This document shows positions 27,760 to 37,314 of a stretch of DNA of 64,000 nucleotides, one piece after another. A model generated the notes under the pieces. That model was not told the DNA's origin and did not search any database. It saw nothing but the letters and a program-made list of their open reading frames with translations. The stretch's first letter is position 1; every line of letters starts with the position of its first letter. This DNA comes from an archaeon. Lineage in GTDB: Archaea > Nanobdellota > Nanobdellia > Woesearchaeales > GW2011-AR9. The stretch is from contig JABHRS010000036.1 in the NCBI GenBank assembly GCA_018670085.1, forward strand, positions 682 through 64,681, read 5' to 3'. Position numbers and translations under genes: made by a program.

Positions 27760-27949
27760 AAGTGTTAATAATCAACACTTATTTATAAAACTTTACCTCT
27801 CTTATTCACTTAAAGGTAGTAATAAAGAAATCAACTTTAGTTTTAACTGCTTCTTGCTCTCAAGTACTTATCCAATCAACTAATAATTTTAAATTTTTTC
27901 CATCCATATTCCTCAAAACCTTGTTTATTCTCGGTAAAAACCCAAAGTC

Positions 27950-27958
27950 TTTTAAATA
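27950..27958 (+). promoter_or_regulatory. TATA box of the ATP synthase operon
   Basis: ttttaaata lies about 30 nt upstream of the atpH ATG at 27984. Confidence 0.4.
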
Positions 27959-27983
27959 GTTTAATAGAATTCTAAATTCACCA

Positions 27984-28307
27984 ATGCTTGAAAAAGAGAT
28001 TATTGAAATTCTAGAACTAGAACAGAGGCTTGAAGATAAATATACTAAGGCTAAAAAGCGAGCTGAGACTATTCATATCAATACAATGAAAGAAGCTCAA
28101 AAGAAGGCTGAATCTATTAAATTAGCAGCAGAAGAGAACTTTCTACTAATGCAAGATCGGTTCAATCATAAAACAAAAATCGCATCAAAACAGATGCAAG
28201 ACAAAACCTCACAAACAATTAAAATTATAACTGGTTGCCATCAAGATTTAAGCTCACTTGCCAAAAAAACTTGTCAGGAATTATTGGGCGAGTTGAAAAC
28301 AAAATGA
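27984..28307 (+). CDS. atpH: A-type ATP synthase subunit H
   Basis: 107-aa coiled-coil protein. It is the first gene of the canonical H-I-K-E-C-F-A-B-D order, and its stop overlaps the atpI start (ATGA). Confidence 0.7.
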   Translation: MLEKEIIEILELEQRLEDKYTKAKKRAETIHINTMKEAQKKAESIKLAAEENFLLMQDRFNHKTKIASKQMQDKTSQTIKIITGCHQDLSSLAKKTCQELLGELKTK

Positions 28308-30103
28308 AAACTGAAGACCTATCAAAATTACTTGTTTTCGGAAGTATCCAAGACAAGAAGGAGATCATCTCTAGGTTGCAGCATCTTGGAGTAATGCATA
28401 TCAGTAAAGCAGATCCATCTAATCAATTAGTACAGGACTCTCCAATGCAAGGCGTTGATGTTATGAGTCACCTCCTATTAAATTTACAATATATTGCAAA
28501 ACAAACCAATCTTGACACTTCATTTACTCTTGAGGGGCTACCTCCTGTGGAGAAGGTAATCGAACAAGCAAATGAATTTGTAGAAAAACATCTAGGTAAG
28601 GTTGAAGATTTAAGTAATGAAAAAAAATCTTTACTCAGAAAACATGCTAGAATTTTGGCTCAGCGTTCAGAGATTGAAAAACTTCCATTCGCATTAAACC
28701 ATAGAGTTCCGTCTGCACATCAAAGAATTGTTTTACTTTCTGAGAACAGTGTTGCTGGGTATCCTTTCCCTGTGAAATTAAAGATTCAACAAGAAATGAA
28801 GAACCAAGGTCAATTTTTTACTGAAGTGTTTGTTTTAAATAAAGATCTTAACCAGCTTCATAATTCTCTTAGAAAAAGTCAAAGCAAACAGATCAATCTT
28901 CCAGAGATGCCATTGGGCTCAGTTCAATTTCTTCATACTCTTCAAAGGGAAGAGAAAGATATTAATGAAAAACTCGATGAGATAGAAAAAGATTTTTTCC
29001 GTAAAATAAATGGTAAACAATCCAAGATCAAATTTTTAATCACTTCATTGGAAAACTATCGTGAGCAAGCAAATATCACTCAAAAGTTTTTACAAAGTAA
29101 GAATTTTTTTGCTGTCCAAGGTTATGTTGTAAAAAAAGATGTTCAGAGAATCAAGAATAGTTTCCCTGAGACTACCATCATTTCTATGCCAGCTGATACT
29201 AAAGCTCCAAGTAAGTTAAAAAACAAAGGTTTCGCAAAATTTTTCGAACCAATCACAACTATGTTTGGAATCCCAACTTATTCTTTAATTGACCCAACTC
29301 CTCTGGTTAGTTTATTCTTTCCTTTCTTTTTTGGATTTATGCTAAGTGACGTAGGTTACGGATTATTACTCTTAATATCAATTTTCGCAATTTATTTTCA
29401 AGTAGGAGAAAAGTTCAAGACACCATTAATTATTTTTGGAACTTCGGCAGTTTCATCTATCATTTTTGGAATGGTCTTTGGTTCATTTTTTGGAAATCTT
29501 GTCCCAATCACTCCTTTGTATCAAGATTCATTTTCAGCGTCGTTCATCATTTTGCAAGTGAGTCTTTTAATTGGGTTAGTTCATATTAACTTAGGTGTAT
29601 TGCTTCAAATTTATCAACAATTTTTGAAGAAAACTCCACTTGCAAAAGCACTTCAGGTGACTCTACCAATTCCTTTAATTGAAGGGGCAGTAGTCCTATT
29701 ATTATTCAAACAATACTTAGCTGCAATTATTGTTGCAATTATCTTATTGATCTTGTTGTATCGTGAGAAGGGATTTTTTGGAATCATGGATATCACTGGA
29801 TTTTTCGGAACTTGGTTTTCCTACGCAAGACTTCTTGCCCTCTCGCTTGCAACTGCAGGTGTTGCGCTTGCTGTGAACATTGTAGCACAAAAAGCTTTGA
29901 GTCTTGGTAAGATTGGATTTGTATTATGGTTATTTGTGATTGCCTTTGGACATTTATTCAATTTTGTATTAAACATTATTGGTTGTACAATCCATTCAGT
30001 TAGGCTTCATTATGTAGAATTTTTTAGTCTTTTTTATGAAGGAGAGGGTCATCCTTTTAAGGAGTTCAAAATTCAGCGTAAGATGAATGGTTCAGAAGAT
30101 TGA
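28304..30103 (+). CDS. atpI: A-type ATP synthase subunit I (stator a-subunit)
   Basis: Soluble N-terminal half followed by about 7 TM segments, with RLLALSLA containing the conserved Arg. Start set at the ATG at 28304 (ATGA overlap with atpH), not the 28235 extension. Confidence 0.85.
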   Translation: MKTEDLSKLLVFGSIQDKKEIISRLQHLGVMHISKADPSNQLVQDSPMQGVDVMSHLLLNLQYIAKQTNLDTSFTLEGLPPVEKVIEQANEFVEKHLGKVEDLSNEKKSLLRKHARILAQRSEIEKLPFALNHRVPSAHQRIVLLSENSVAGYPFPVKLKIQQEMKNQGQFFTEVFVLNKDLNQLHNSLRKSQSKQINLPEMPLGSVQFLHTLQREEKDINEKLDEIEKDFFRKINGKQSKIKFLITSLENYREQANITQKFLQSKNFFAVQGYVVKKDVQRIKNSFPETTIISMPADTKAPSKLKNKGFAKFFEPITTMFGIPTYSLIDPTPLVSLFFPFFFGFMLSDVGYGLLLLISIFAIYFQVGEKFKTPLIIFGTSAVSSIIFGMVFGSFFGNLVPITPLYQDSFSASFIILQVSLLIGLVHINLGVLLQIYQQFLKKTPLAKALQVTLPIPLIEGAVVLLLFKQYLAAIIVAIILLILLYREKGFFGIMDITGFFGTWFSYARLLALSLATAGVALAVNIVAQKALSLGKIGFVLWLFVIAFGHLFNFVLNIIGCTIHSVRLHYVEFFSLFYEGEGHPFKEFKIQRKMNGSED

Positions 30104-30120
30104 TCATTTAATTATCACAG

Positions 30121-30190
30121 TATCAAAAAAAACAATAAAAAACAAAAAAAACAAAATTATAAAAAATAATAATAAAAATAAAACAACAAT
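30121..30190 (+). repeat. G-free, A-rich low-complexity spacer between atpI and atpK
   Basis: 70 nt without a single G, followed by SD GGAG and the atpK ATG. Confidence 0.6.
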
Positions 30191-30202
30191 GGAGAAAATA
30201 AA

Positions 30203-30433
30203 ATGGTAGATATGACAACCGGATTAATTGCAATTGGTGCAGGAATCGCTATTGGATTTGCAGCACTAGGTTCAGGTATTGGACAGGGAATTGCTTCAAG
30301 TGCAGCTGCAGGCGCAACTGCTGAGAATGAAAAACTGTTAGCAAAGATGCTTGTATTCGCAGCGCTTCCAGAAACACAAGCGATTTATGGTTTCGTTATT
30401 GCAATCTTACTACTATTTGTCTTTGGACAATAA
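30203..30433 (+). CDS. atpK: A-type ATP synthase proteolipid subunit K (single hairpin)
   Basis: 76 aa with two TM helices and the conserved carboxylate in ALPETQAIYGF. Confidence 0.9.
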   Translation: MVDMTTGLIAIGAGIAIGFAALGSGIGQGIASSAAAGATAENEKLLAKMLVFAALPETQAIYGFVIAILLLFVFGQ

Positions 30434-30500
30434 AGTAGTTTAGCATAACTTAACAACTAAATAAAGTAACATCGCATAGTTAGAGAACCAATTTGCAAAA

Positions 30501-31088
30501 ATGACTAAACATCAAGGAAAAATTGTCCAAAACAGAGGATTAGAACTATCAGAAGATCTTAAAGATAGGTATTCTGAACTGATTTCCAGGTTAATTAACA
30601 CAGCCCAGGAATCAGCAGATAGAGATGCAAATAGTTTTCTCTCTGTAGTTCAAGACCAAGTTTTGGATCATGAGACTAAGATAAACAATGAACTAGAGCG
30701 AGAATATTATCAAAGTATCGCAGCTTTTCGTTTGGATAATACTCTTGAAATTTCCAAAGCTAAATCTGATTTAGTTGATGCTATGGTTCAAGAGTTAAAA
30801 TTGCAATTAGGTAAATTAACTAATAAGGAGAAACAGGAATTCAGCAAACAGATGTTTAAACGGATCATCAAGAAGATTAAAAGTCAAGGTTTCAAGGTTA
30901 ATAATTTTACAATCCATGTTTGTCATGGCGTAAAAATACCTGGCTGCAAGTCTACTCTTGCTAATCTTTCAGTTAAAGCAGAATCATCTGAAGTGATTAT
31001 TGAAGATTCAATTGATGAATTGTTATTAGATCATCGAAATGACATCATTCGAATAGTTTCTCGCCATGTCGATGAGAACTTGAACTAA
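30501..31088 (+). CDS. atpE: A-type ATP synthase subunit E
   Basis: Called from operon position, its 195-aa size, and a long N-terminal helix. Confidence 0.7.
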   Translation: MTKHQGKIVQNRGLELSEDLKDRYSELISRLINTAQESADRDANSFLSVVQDQVLDHETKINNELEREYYQSIAAFRLDNTLEISKAKSDLVDAMVQELKLQLGKLTNKEKQEFSKQMFKRIIKKIKSQGFKVNNFTIHVCHGVKIPGCKSTLANLSVKAESSEVIIEDSIDELLLDHRNDIIRIVSRHVDENLN

Positions 31089-31134
31089 AAGAATAAAAAC
31101 TAACTATAACTAAAAAGATAACAGAATAGTAAAA

Positions 31135-32178
31135 ATGGAATACGAAATACTAGCTATCATCTCTACGATATTACTACTTGGTATTGTTGCCCTAGTTGCA
31201 GTGTTCAAGGTTGTAGCCAAGATTTATCCTTATGCTTATGTAAATGCTAGAATTCGTGCTATGCACTCTAGAGTCTTAAAGAAAGAAGATTTTCAAGATT
31301 TATTAGAAAAACCTTACAATGAGATAGTTTACACTCTGGACAAAAGGTATTTTCCTCATCTAGCTTCTTTTTTGGGGTCAGATTTTTCTTATTCTTCTGT
31401 TGATTCAGCACTCAGGGCTAGTCTCATTAAGGATTTGGCAAAAATTTATCGAACTGTCCCTCAGGAATCAAAAGGATTTTTATCAACTATTCTTTCAAAG
31501 TACGATATTTTAGTGATTCAAAGTATTGTTAGGTCTTCTCATGCGAAACTATTGAACACCGACTCAATTAAAGATATTATCTCTGTAACTGAAGTCTTTC
31601 ATAAAGAGTTTTTGGATCAAGGTAATTTTGATTTAACTACTTTGTATAACGAATTGAAGGGTACTGCTTATCACAATTTAATGGAGAAACATCTTGAAGA
31701 ATTAAAAGATGGTAAATTTTTAAAATTCGAATTGGAGTTGGACTTATTATATTTTAGAAGACTTTTACATGAAGCTAAGAGCCGTCCAGCCAAACAATAT
31801 GCTAGGAGAATTATTGATATGCATAATGTTAGTTTAGTGTTAAAGGGTTTAGAACCGATCATCCCTGGTGGTAGAATAGATATTGGCAAGCTAATTCCTT
31901 TTAGTAAGAGTTTGTCATTGACTCAATTATCTGACTTATTAAAAGTTCATAGTTACAATGTTGATAATCATGAGACTCCTGCTCAGTTTGAGCGTAGCAT
32001 GTATCAAGAATTTGCTCAGTTTGGAAAAGGCCTTTTGAGCGGTGAACCTCTCAGTGAAAATTCCATGATTGGTTTTATTATAATTGTGAGGACTATGGTA
32101 AGGAATATTAATATTTTATTGAAAATGAAGTCTCATGAATTTACGGAAGAAGAAATCTCTGGGGTGCTTGCAATATGA
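31135..32178 (+). CDS. atpC: A-type ATP synthase subunit C
   Basis: Called from operon position and its 347-aa size. ARIRAMHSRVL is typical of subunit C/d. Confidence 0.75.
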   Translation: MEYEILAIISTILLLGIVALVAVFKVVAKIYPYAYVNARIRAMHSRVLKKEDFQDLLEKPYNEIVYTLDKRYFPHLASFLGSDFSYSSVDSALRASLIKDLAKIYRTVPQESKGFLSTILSKYDILVIQSIVRSSHAKLLNTDSIKDIISVTEVFHKEFLDQGNFDLTTLYNELKGTAYHNLMEKHLEELKDGKFLKFELELDLLYFRRLLHEAKSRPAKQYARRIIDMHNVSLVLKGLEPIIPGGRIDIGKLIPFSKSLSLTQLSDLLKVHSYNVDNHETPAQFERSMYQEFAQFGKGLLSGEPLSENSMIGFIIIVRTMVRNINILLKMKSHEFTEEEISGVLAI

Positions 32179-32465
32179 TTGGAGTGATTGGTTTTCAAGA
32201 TGAGATTATTGGTTTAGGTTTATCTGGTGTTTCTAGATTAGTTGAAGTGGAGTCTTCAATCACAAAACCTGAGTTATTAAAGATTTTATCTCAATTAAAG
32301 GGTCTTCAAACAATTTTCATGAGTGAGAGATTGCTTGAAATGATCAACCAAGAGAAATCTGATTATGATATTTTTTTTATTGAGATCCCCGAAAATTTTA
32401 GCACTAAGGGATTAGAAAAAATTGATCAATTAGCAAGAGAAACATTGGGTATCAGTTTACATTAA
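32175..32465 (+). CDS. atpF: A-type ATP synthase subunit F
   Basis: 96 aa. A 4-nt overlap with atpC, and the expected operon position. Confidence 0.75.
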   Translation: MIGVIGFQDEIIGLGLSGVSRLVEVESSITKPELLKILSQLKGLQTIFMSERLLEMINQEKSDYDIFFIEIPENFSTKGLEKIDQLARETLGISLH

Positions 32466-32481
32466 TAACTACTAAATTAAC

Positions 32482-32550
32482 AAAACAAACAACCAAACAA
32501 ACAACAAAACAAACAACAAAACAAACAACAAAACAAACAACAAAATAAAC
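32482..32550 (+). repeat. 12-nt tandem repeat (AAAACAAACAAC), 5 full copies plus a partial, in the atpF-atpA spacer
   Basis: Copies at 32482, 32494 (one substitution), 32506, 32518 and 32530, plus a partial copy at 32542-32550. The tract contains only A and C. Confidence 0.9.
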
Positions 32551-32607
32551 CTAAAATAAAATAATCAAGAAAAAATACAAATCAAATACGCAAGGTGAAA
32601 ACAAATT

Positions 32608-34404
32608 ATGGCAAAAAAATCCACATCAAAAAAAACTATCAGAAAAAACACTAGTAACAAGAAGCAATCATCTGGGAAGATTACTCGAGTAGCAGGTCCT
32701 GTAGTTGAAGCAAAGTTAGCAGCTGCAATCAATGATCTTGTAAGGGTTGGAAACAGCAAACTTCTAGGTGAAGTAATCCAAATTGAAGGCGACATTGCAA
32801 CAATTCAAGTTTATGAAGATACAACTGGAATCTCTCCTGGAGAACCAATTATTAACACAAAGCAAGCTCTTTCAGTGACTTTAGGCCCAGGTTTATTGGG
32901 TGGTGTTTTTGATGGAACTCAAAGGCCATTAAATGTTATCGCAGAAAACCATGATATTTTCATCCCAAGGGGAATAGATATTCCTTCTTTAGATGAAAAG
33001 AAACGTTGGAAATTTAATGCAACAGTAAGTAAGGGTGACAAAGTAACTGAAGGTCAAATTCTAGGGACTGTGAAAGAGAACCCAGTTATTACTCATAAAA
33101 TTTTGGTTCCAATCGGTGTTTCTGGTAAAGTAACCAAAATTGAATCTGGTGAATTCAACATCACTGAGACAATTGCGACCATTACTGGAGATAAAACAAC
33201 TCAAGTAAAGATGGCACAGACTTGGCCAGTAAGAGTTCCAAGACCTTACAAGGAGAGAATTGGAGTTCAAAAGCCATTAGTTTCCGGTCAAAGAGTTATC
33301 GATTTTACATCTCCAATTGCAAAGGGTGGGGTTGCAGCAATTCCAGGTCCATTCGGTTCTGGAAAAACAGTAACTCAGCAGCAATTCGCAAAGTGGTGTG
33401 ATGCTGACATCATTATTTATGTTGGTTGTGGTGAGCGTGGAAATGAGATGACTGAAGTTCTAGAAGAATTTCCTCATTTAAAAGATCCAAAATCAGGTAA
33501 GGCTTTAATGAACCGTACCATTCTGATTGCAAACACTTCTAACATGCCAGTAGCTGCACGTGAATCATGTGTTTATACTGGAATTACAATCGCTGAATAT
33601 TTTCGGGATCAAGGTTACAGTGTAGCATTAATGGCAGATTCAACTAGTCGTTGGGCAGAAGCTATGCGTGAAATTTCAGGACGTTTAGAAGAGATGCCTG
33701 GTGAAGAAGGATATCCTGCTTACCTTGCAAAGAGGCTCGCTGAGTTTTATGAACGTGCAGGTGTTGTAAAATCATTTTCAGGTAAAGAAGGGAGCATCTC
33801 AGTTATTGGTGCTGTAAGTCCACCTGGTGGTGATTTTTCAGAGCCAGTTACACAGAACACACTTAGAATTAGTAAATGTTTTTGGGCACTCGACGCAAAG
33901 CTTGCGGATAAAAGACACTTTCCAGCTATCAATTGGTTGAGAAGTTATTCTTTGTATACTCCAATTACTGATATTTGGTATGATGCTAATATCGGAAAAG
34001 AGTGGAGTGATCTCAGAAAGAAAACTCAGAACATGCTTCAGCAAGAAAGTGAACTTCAAGAGATTGTTCAGTTGGTTGGAATTGATTCTCTCCCAATTGA
34101 GCAACAGCTGCTCTTATTCATTGCTAGGATGATTCGTGAAGATTTTCTTCAACAGAATGCTTTTCATGATGAAGATACTTTTTGCCCTCTAGCAAAACAG
34201 TTAGAGATGATTAGGGCAATCTTCAGATTTTATAATGTAGCTCTTGAACATGTTGCTAAATTAGATTTAGAAAAACTGAGGCAAAGTTCAGCTGCGGATT
34301 TTATTGCACAAATGAAGTATGAATCAAATGAAAATTTCACTGAAGCTAATCTTAAGAAAATGCAAGCAAAGATCAAAAGTGAGATTGCAAAAACTTTCAA
34401 ATAA
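32608..34404 (+). CDS. atpA: A-type ATP synthase catalytic subunit A with a Lys-rich N-terminal extension
   Basis: GPFGSGKTV Walker [37 protein letters not shown]-type block. About 25 extra N-terminal residues ([23 protein letters not shown]). Confidence 0.95.
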   Translation: MAKKSTSKKTIRKNTSNKKQSSGKITRVAGPVVEAKLAAAINDLVRVGNSKLLGEVIQIEGDIATIQVYEDTTGISPGEPIINTKQALSVTLGPGLLGGVFDGTQRPLNVIAENHDIFIPRGIDIPSLDEKKRWKFNATVSKGDKVTEGQILGTVKENPVITHKILVPIGVSGKVTKIESGEFNITETIATITGDKTTQVKMAQTWPVRVPRPYKERIGVQKPLVSGQRVIDFTSPIAKGGVAAIPGPFGSGKTVTQQQFAKWCDADIIIYVGCGERGNEMTEVLEEFPHLKDPKSGKALMNRTILIANTSNMPVAARESCVYTGITIAEYFRDQGYSVALMADSTSRWAEAMREISGRLEEMPGEEGYPAYLAKRLAEFYERAGVVKSFSGKEGSISVIGAVSPPGGDFSEPVTQNTLRISKCFWALDAKLADKRHFPAINWLRSYSLYTPITDIWYDANIGKEWSDLRKKTQNMLQQESELQEIVQLVGIDSLPIEQQLLLFIARMIREDFLQQNAFHDEDTFCPLAKQLEMIRAIFRFYNVALEHVAKLDLEKLRQSSAADFIAQMKYESNENFTEANLKKMQAKIKSEIAKTFK

Positions 34405-34409
34405 AAATA

Positions 34410-34464
34410 ATCGATAAAAAATCAATAAAAAATCAATAAAAAATCAATAAAAAATCAATAATAA
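34410..34464 (+). repeat. 11-nt tandem repeat (ATCAATAAAAA), 5 copies, in the atpA-atpB spacer
   Basis: Copies at 34410 (one G variant), 34421, 34432, 34443 and 34454 (degenerate), followed by ATAACA-type repeats and SD AAGGAG. Confidence 0.9.
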
Positions 34465-34505
34465 CATAATAACAATATAATAACAATAACTAAGGAGATA
34501 ACAAA

Positions 34506-35873
34506 ATGACATCCAGATTAGAACCATGGTATAAAAAAGCAAGTTCCTTGAAGGGACCTTTGCTAGTAGTTGAAAATGTAAAGCGAGTTTCTTATGGTGA
34601 AATTTGTAAAATTAAATGTAAAGACCGTGAGCTTTTAGGTCAAGTACTTGAAGCAAGCAGCGATAAGGCTGTTGTGCAACTTTTTGAATCGTCAAGGAGT
34701 CTTGATTTGAACAGTCAAGTCCAGTTTACAACTAAACCAGCTGAAATCGCGCTATCCAAGAAAATGCTTGGTAAGGCTTTTGATGGAATGGGTCGTCCAA
34801 AAGACGGTTCAAGTTATGCTGCTAAAGTGTTCCGTGATGTGAATGGTTCTGCGATCAATCCTGCAGCTAGGCGTAAACCAAGTGATTTTATTCAAACTGG
34901 GATCTCAACTATTGATTGTATGAACACTCTTGTACGTGGGCAAAAACTTCCTATCTTTTCAGCAAGTGGTCTTCCTCACAATGAACTGGCTGCACAAATT
35001 GTAAGGCAAGCAAGTGCTGGTGGTGAAGATTTCGTTGTAGTATTTGCAGCAATGGGGATCACTTACGAAGAAGCTAAATTTTTTATGGATGATTTTAAGA
35101 AAACTGGCGCACTAGAAAACGCTGTGGTGTTTCTAAACTTAGCAAGTGACCCAAGTGTTGAGCGAATTATTACTCCGAGGGTTGCATTAACTACTGCTGA
35201 ATATTTTGCATTCGATTTAGGAATGCATGTTCTTGTTGTTTTAACTGACTTTACTAATTATTGTGAAGCACTAAGAGAGATTAGTGCAGCGCGTAGTGAA
35301 GTTCCAGGACGTCGTGGTTACCCAGGTTACATGTATACTGATTTGGCAAGTAATTATGAACGTGCAGGAATGGTTGCTGGTAGTAAAGGTAGTGTGACTC
35401 AAATCCCTATTTTATCGATGCCAGCAGGTGACATCACACATCCAGTACCGGACCTTACAGGTTATATCACTGAAGGTCAAATAGTTCTTGATGGTTCTCT
35501 TCACAAGCGTGGGTTCGCGCCACCGATTAATCCTCTTCCTTCTCTTTCAAGGTTGATGAATGCCGGGATTGGTAAGGGTAACACTCGTGAAGATCATAGT
35601 AGTGTGAGTGATAGTTTGTATGCAGCTTACGCAAGAGCTTTGGAACTTAGACAACTTGTCTCTGTTGTTGGTGAATCATCTTTATCTGACACTGACAAAT
35701 TATTCATGCGTTTTGGAGAATCCTTTGAAGAGAAGTTTATTAGTCAAGGTTTTAGTGAGAACAGATCAATTAAGGACACATTAGATCTTGGCTGGAAATT
35801 ACTCTCAACTTTACCAAAGAGCGAACTTAAGAAAGCTAAGAAGGCTTTTATTGAGAAGTATATGAAGAAGTAA
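34506..35873 (+). CDS. atpB: A-type ATP synthase subunit B
   Basis: [51 protein letters not shown]. Confidence 0.95.
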   Translation: MTSRLEPWYKKASSLKGPLLVVENVKRVSYGEICKIKCKDRELLGQVLEASSDKAVVQLFESSRSLDLNSQVQFTTKPAEIALSKKMLGKAFDGMGRPKDGSSYAAKVFRDVNGSAINPAARRKPSDFIQTGISTIDCMNTLVRGQKLPIFSASGLPHNELAAQIVRQASAGGEDFVVVFAAMGITYEEAKFFMDDFKKTGALENAVVFLNLASDPSVERIITPRVALTTAEYFAFDLGMHVLVVLTDFTNYCEALREISAARSEVPGRRGYPGYMYTDLASNYERAGMVAGSKGSVTQIPILSMPAGDITHPVPDLTGYITEGQIVLDGSLHKRGFAPPINPLPSLSRLMNAGIGKGNTREDHSSVSDSLYAAYARALELRQLVSVVGESSLSDTDKLFMRFGESFEEKFISQGFSENRSIKDTLDLGWKLLSTLPKSELKKAKKAFIEKYMKK

Positions 35874-35893
35874 CATCACACACAAAACCAAAA

Positions 35894-36541
35894 ATGACTG
35901 AATACACATCACCTACAAGAAGCGAACTATTAAAGGTCAAAGCTCAGCGTAAGCTAGCTCAAAAAGGTCACGATCTTCTGAAGAGAAAACGTGATGCCTT
36001 GATTAGAATTTTCTTTGAAAAGATCAAGGAGTATAAACGCCTAAAACAATCAACACTTGAGGGTCTAAAAATCGCTTTTGAAACTCTGCAGATCGCGCAA
36101 GGTGTTAGTGGTGTTAATCGTGTAAAGGGACTTGCCTTCTCATCTAACCCTAGTTTTGATATAATTGCCTCTGAGAAAAATTTAATGGGAGTGAGAGTCC
36201 CTAAATTCGATATTAAGGAGAAAGCAGTAGAACTTAATGCTTCAATGATCGGAACCAGTTTTCAAGTTGAAGAATCCAGAGAACGTTTTATCAAATTAGT
36301 TCCTGATCTAGTAAGGCTTGCTGAAGTTGAACAAGTTATTTTTACTTTAGCCGAAGAGATTAAGAAAACTAAACGCAGGGTTAATGCGCTTGAGTACATT
36401 AAGATTCCAGAGTTGGCAGCAACTGAGAAGAAGATTAAAGATCAGTTAGCTGAGATTGAAAGGGAAGCTTTTGTTAGGTTGAAGAATGTTAAACAGAAGA
36501 TGGAACGAGCAGCAGCAGAGGAAGCAAAATCTGCTATGTAA
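35894..36541 (+). CDS. atpD: A-type ATP synthase subunit D
   Basis: PTRSELLKVKAQRKLAQKGHDLLKRKRDAL and RRVNALEYIKIPEL are the central-stalk D signature. Confidence 0.9.
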   Translation: MTEYTSPTRSELLKVKAQRKLAQKGHDLLKRKRDALIRIFFEKIKEYKRLKQSTLEGLKIAFETLQIAQGVSGVNRVKGLAFSSNPSFDIIASEKNLMGVRVPKFDIKEKAVELNASMIGTSFQVEESRERFIKLVPDLVRLAEVEQVIFTLAEEIKKTKRRVNALEYIKIPELAATEKKIKDQLAEIEREAFVRLKNVKQKMERAAAEEAKSAM

Positions 36542-36560
36542 TTAAATAATTAATAAAAAA

Positions 36561-36707
36561 ATGACACTAAATGAATTTTTCTCAAAAGTTTATGGTTGGT
36601 CCAAAGTTCCAAAACATCGTGTTTGGCTTATTAGGGTCGCAATCTTCGGATCACAATTCCTTCTAGTTTTTGGTGTCGCGATCTTTTTATGGTTGCAGTT
36701 AAATTAG
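36561..36707 (+). CDS. Possible 48-aa single-TM micro-protein after atpD
   Basis: Hand-translated as MTLNEFFSKVYGWSKVPKHRVWLIRVAIFGSQFLLVFGVAIFLWLQLN. There is no SD site. It is below the ORF-track cutoff. Confidence 0.3.
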   Translation: MTLNEFFSKVYGWSKVPKHRVWLIRVAIFGSQFLLVFGVAIFLWLQLN

Positions 36708-36722
36708 AAAAATTTAATCGTT

Positions 36723-37247
36723 TCATTTTATCCTGCACCTAGGCGCTACAATTTCTCGACTCACATACATCAAAGATCCAAGTAATACAAAGATTGCTAT
36801 AAATCCAATCTCTCTACCACCAAATGGCAAGAGTGCACCTAAACCTCCAAAACCCATTAAGCTAAGTGCTCCAATCCCACAGCTTGGGCATGCAGGTGCA
36901 AGTAATCCTAAAACAATTCCACCTGATCCAGCTCCCCCAGTTAATGATTGATTTTTTTTATATCCAACATATACAAATACCATCAGCATTGCGGACAAAA
37001 TTGAAATTATTACCATCAAAAATTTCGCAAAAATTGGCATTGTCATCCAAGCATACCACACTCCATCTATAAATCCAATCCATGTTTGGAAGAGTAATCC
37101 TCTGATTAAAAGATATTCTCGAAATATTAAATTAAATAGAATAAAAAACCCTGATAGACCAATAATTGCTAATACTGCATTTTTGTTTGCAAATACTTCC
37201 TTAGATGCTTCTTTGCAATAATTAGAATATTCCTTTAAAAGTTTCAT
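36723..37247 (-). CDS. Polytopic membrane protein with an intramembrane CPSC motif (unclassified)
   Basis: Start set at MKLLKEY, because the ORF-track start at 37355 would overlap the upstream gene. About 5 TM segments and a Gly-rich segment GGAGSGGIVLGLLAPACPSCGIGALSLMGFGGLG. There are four Cys in total. Confidence 0.6.
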   Translation of the reverse strand: MKLLKEYSNYCKEASKEVFANKNAVLAIIGLSGFFILFNLIFREYLLIRGLLFQTWIGFIDGVWYAWMTMPIFAKFLMVIISILSAMLMVFVYVGYKKNQSLTGGAGSGGIVLGLLAPACPSCGIGALSLMGFGGLGALLPFGGREIGFIAIFVLLGSLMYVSREIVAPRCRIK

Positions 37248-37250
37248 TAT

Positions 37251-37296
37251 AAAAAAAGAAAAGAAAAAAGAGAATAAAAACCTTACGGAAGTAAGG
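37251..37296 (-). terminator. Hairpin plus oligo-T tract downstream of the DsbA-like gene
   Basis: On the minus strand, CCTTAC-ttcc-GTAAGG (37281-37296) is followed by TTTTTATTCTCTTTTTTCTTTTCTTTTTTT. Confidence 0.35.
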
Positions 37297-37314
37297 CTCA
37301 AAAATTCCCCAGAT

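Noticed and set aside
28235-28303. Upstream extension of atpI in the ORF track
   Set aside because: The extension overlaps the atpH coding region in another frame. The ATG at 28304 forms the classic ATGA stop-start overlap and yields the expected subunit I N-terminus.
32482-34464. Short tandem repeats in the ATPase spacers, considered as a possible CRISPR array
   Set aside because: The periods are only 11-12 nt, there are no unique spacers between copies, and the tracts are A/C-only. They are microsatellites, not CRISPR repeats.
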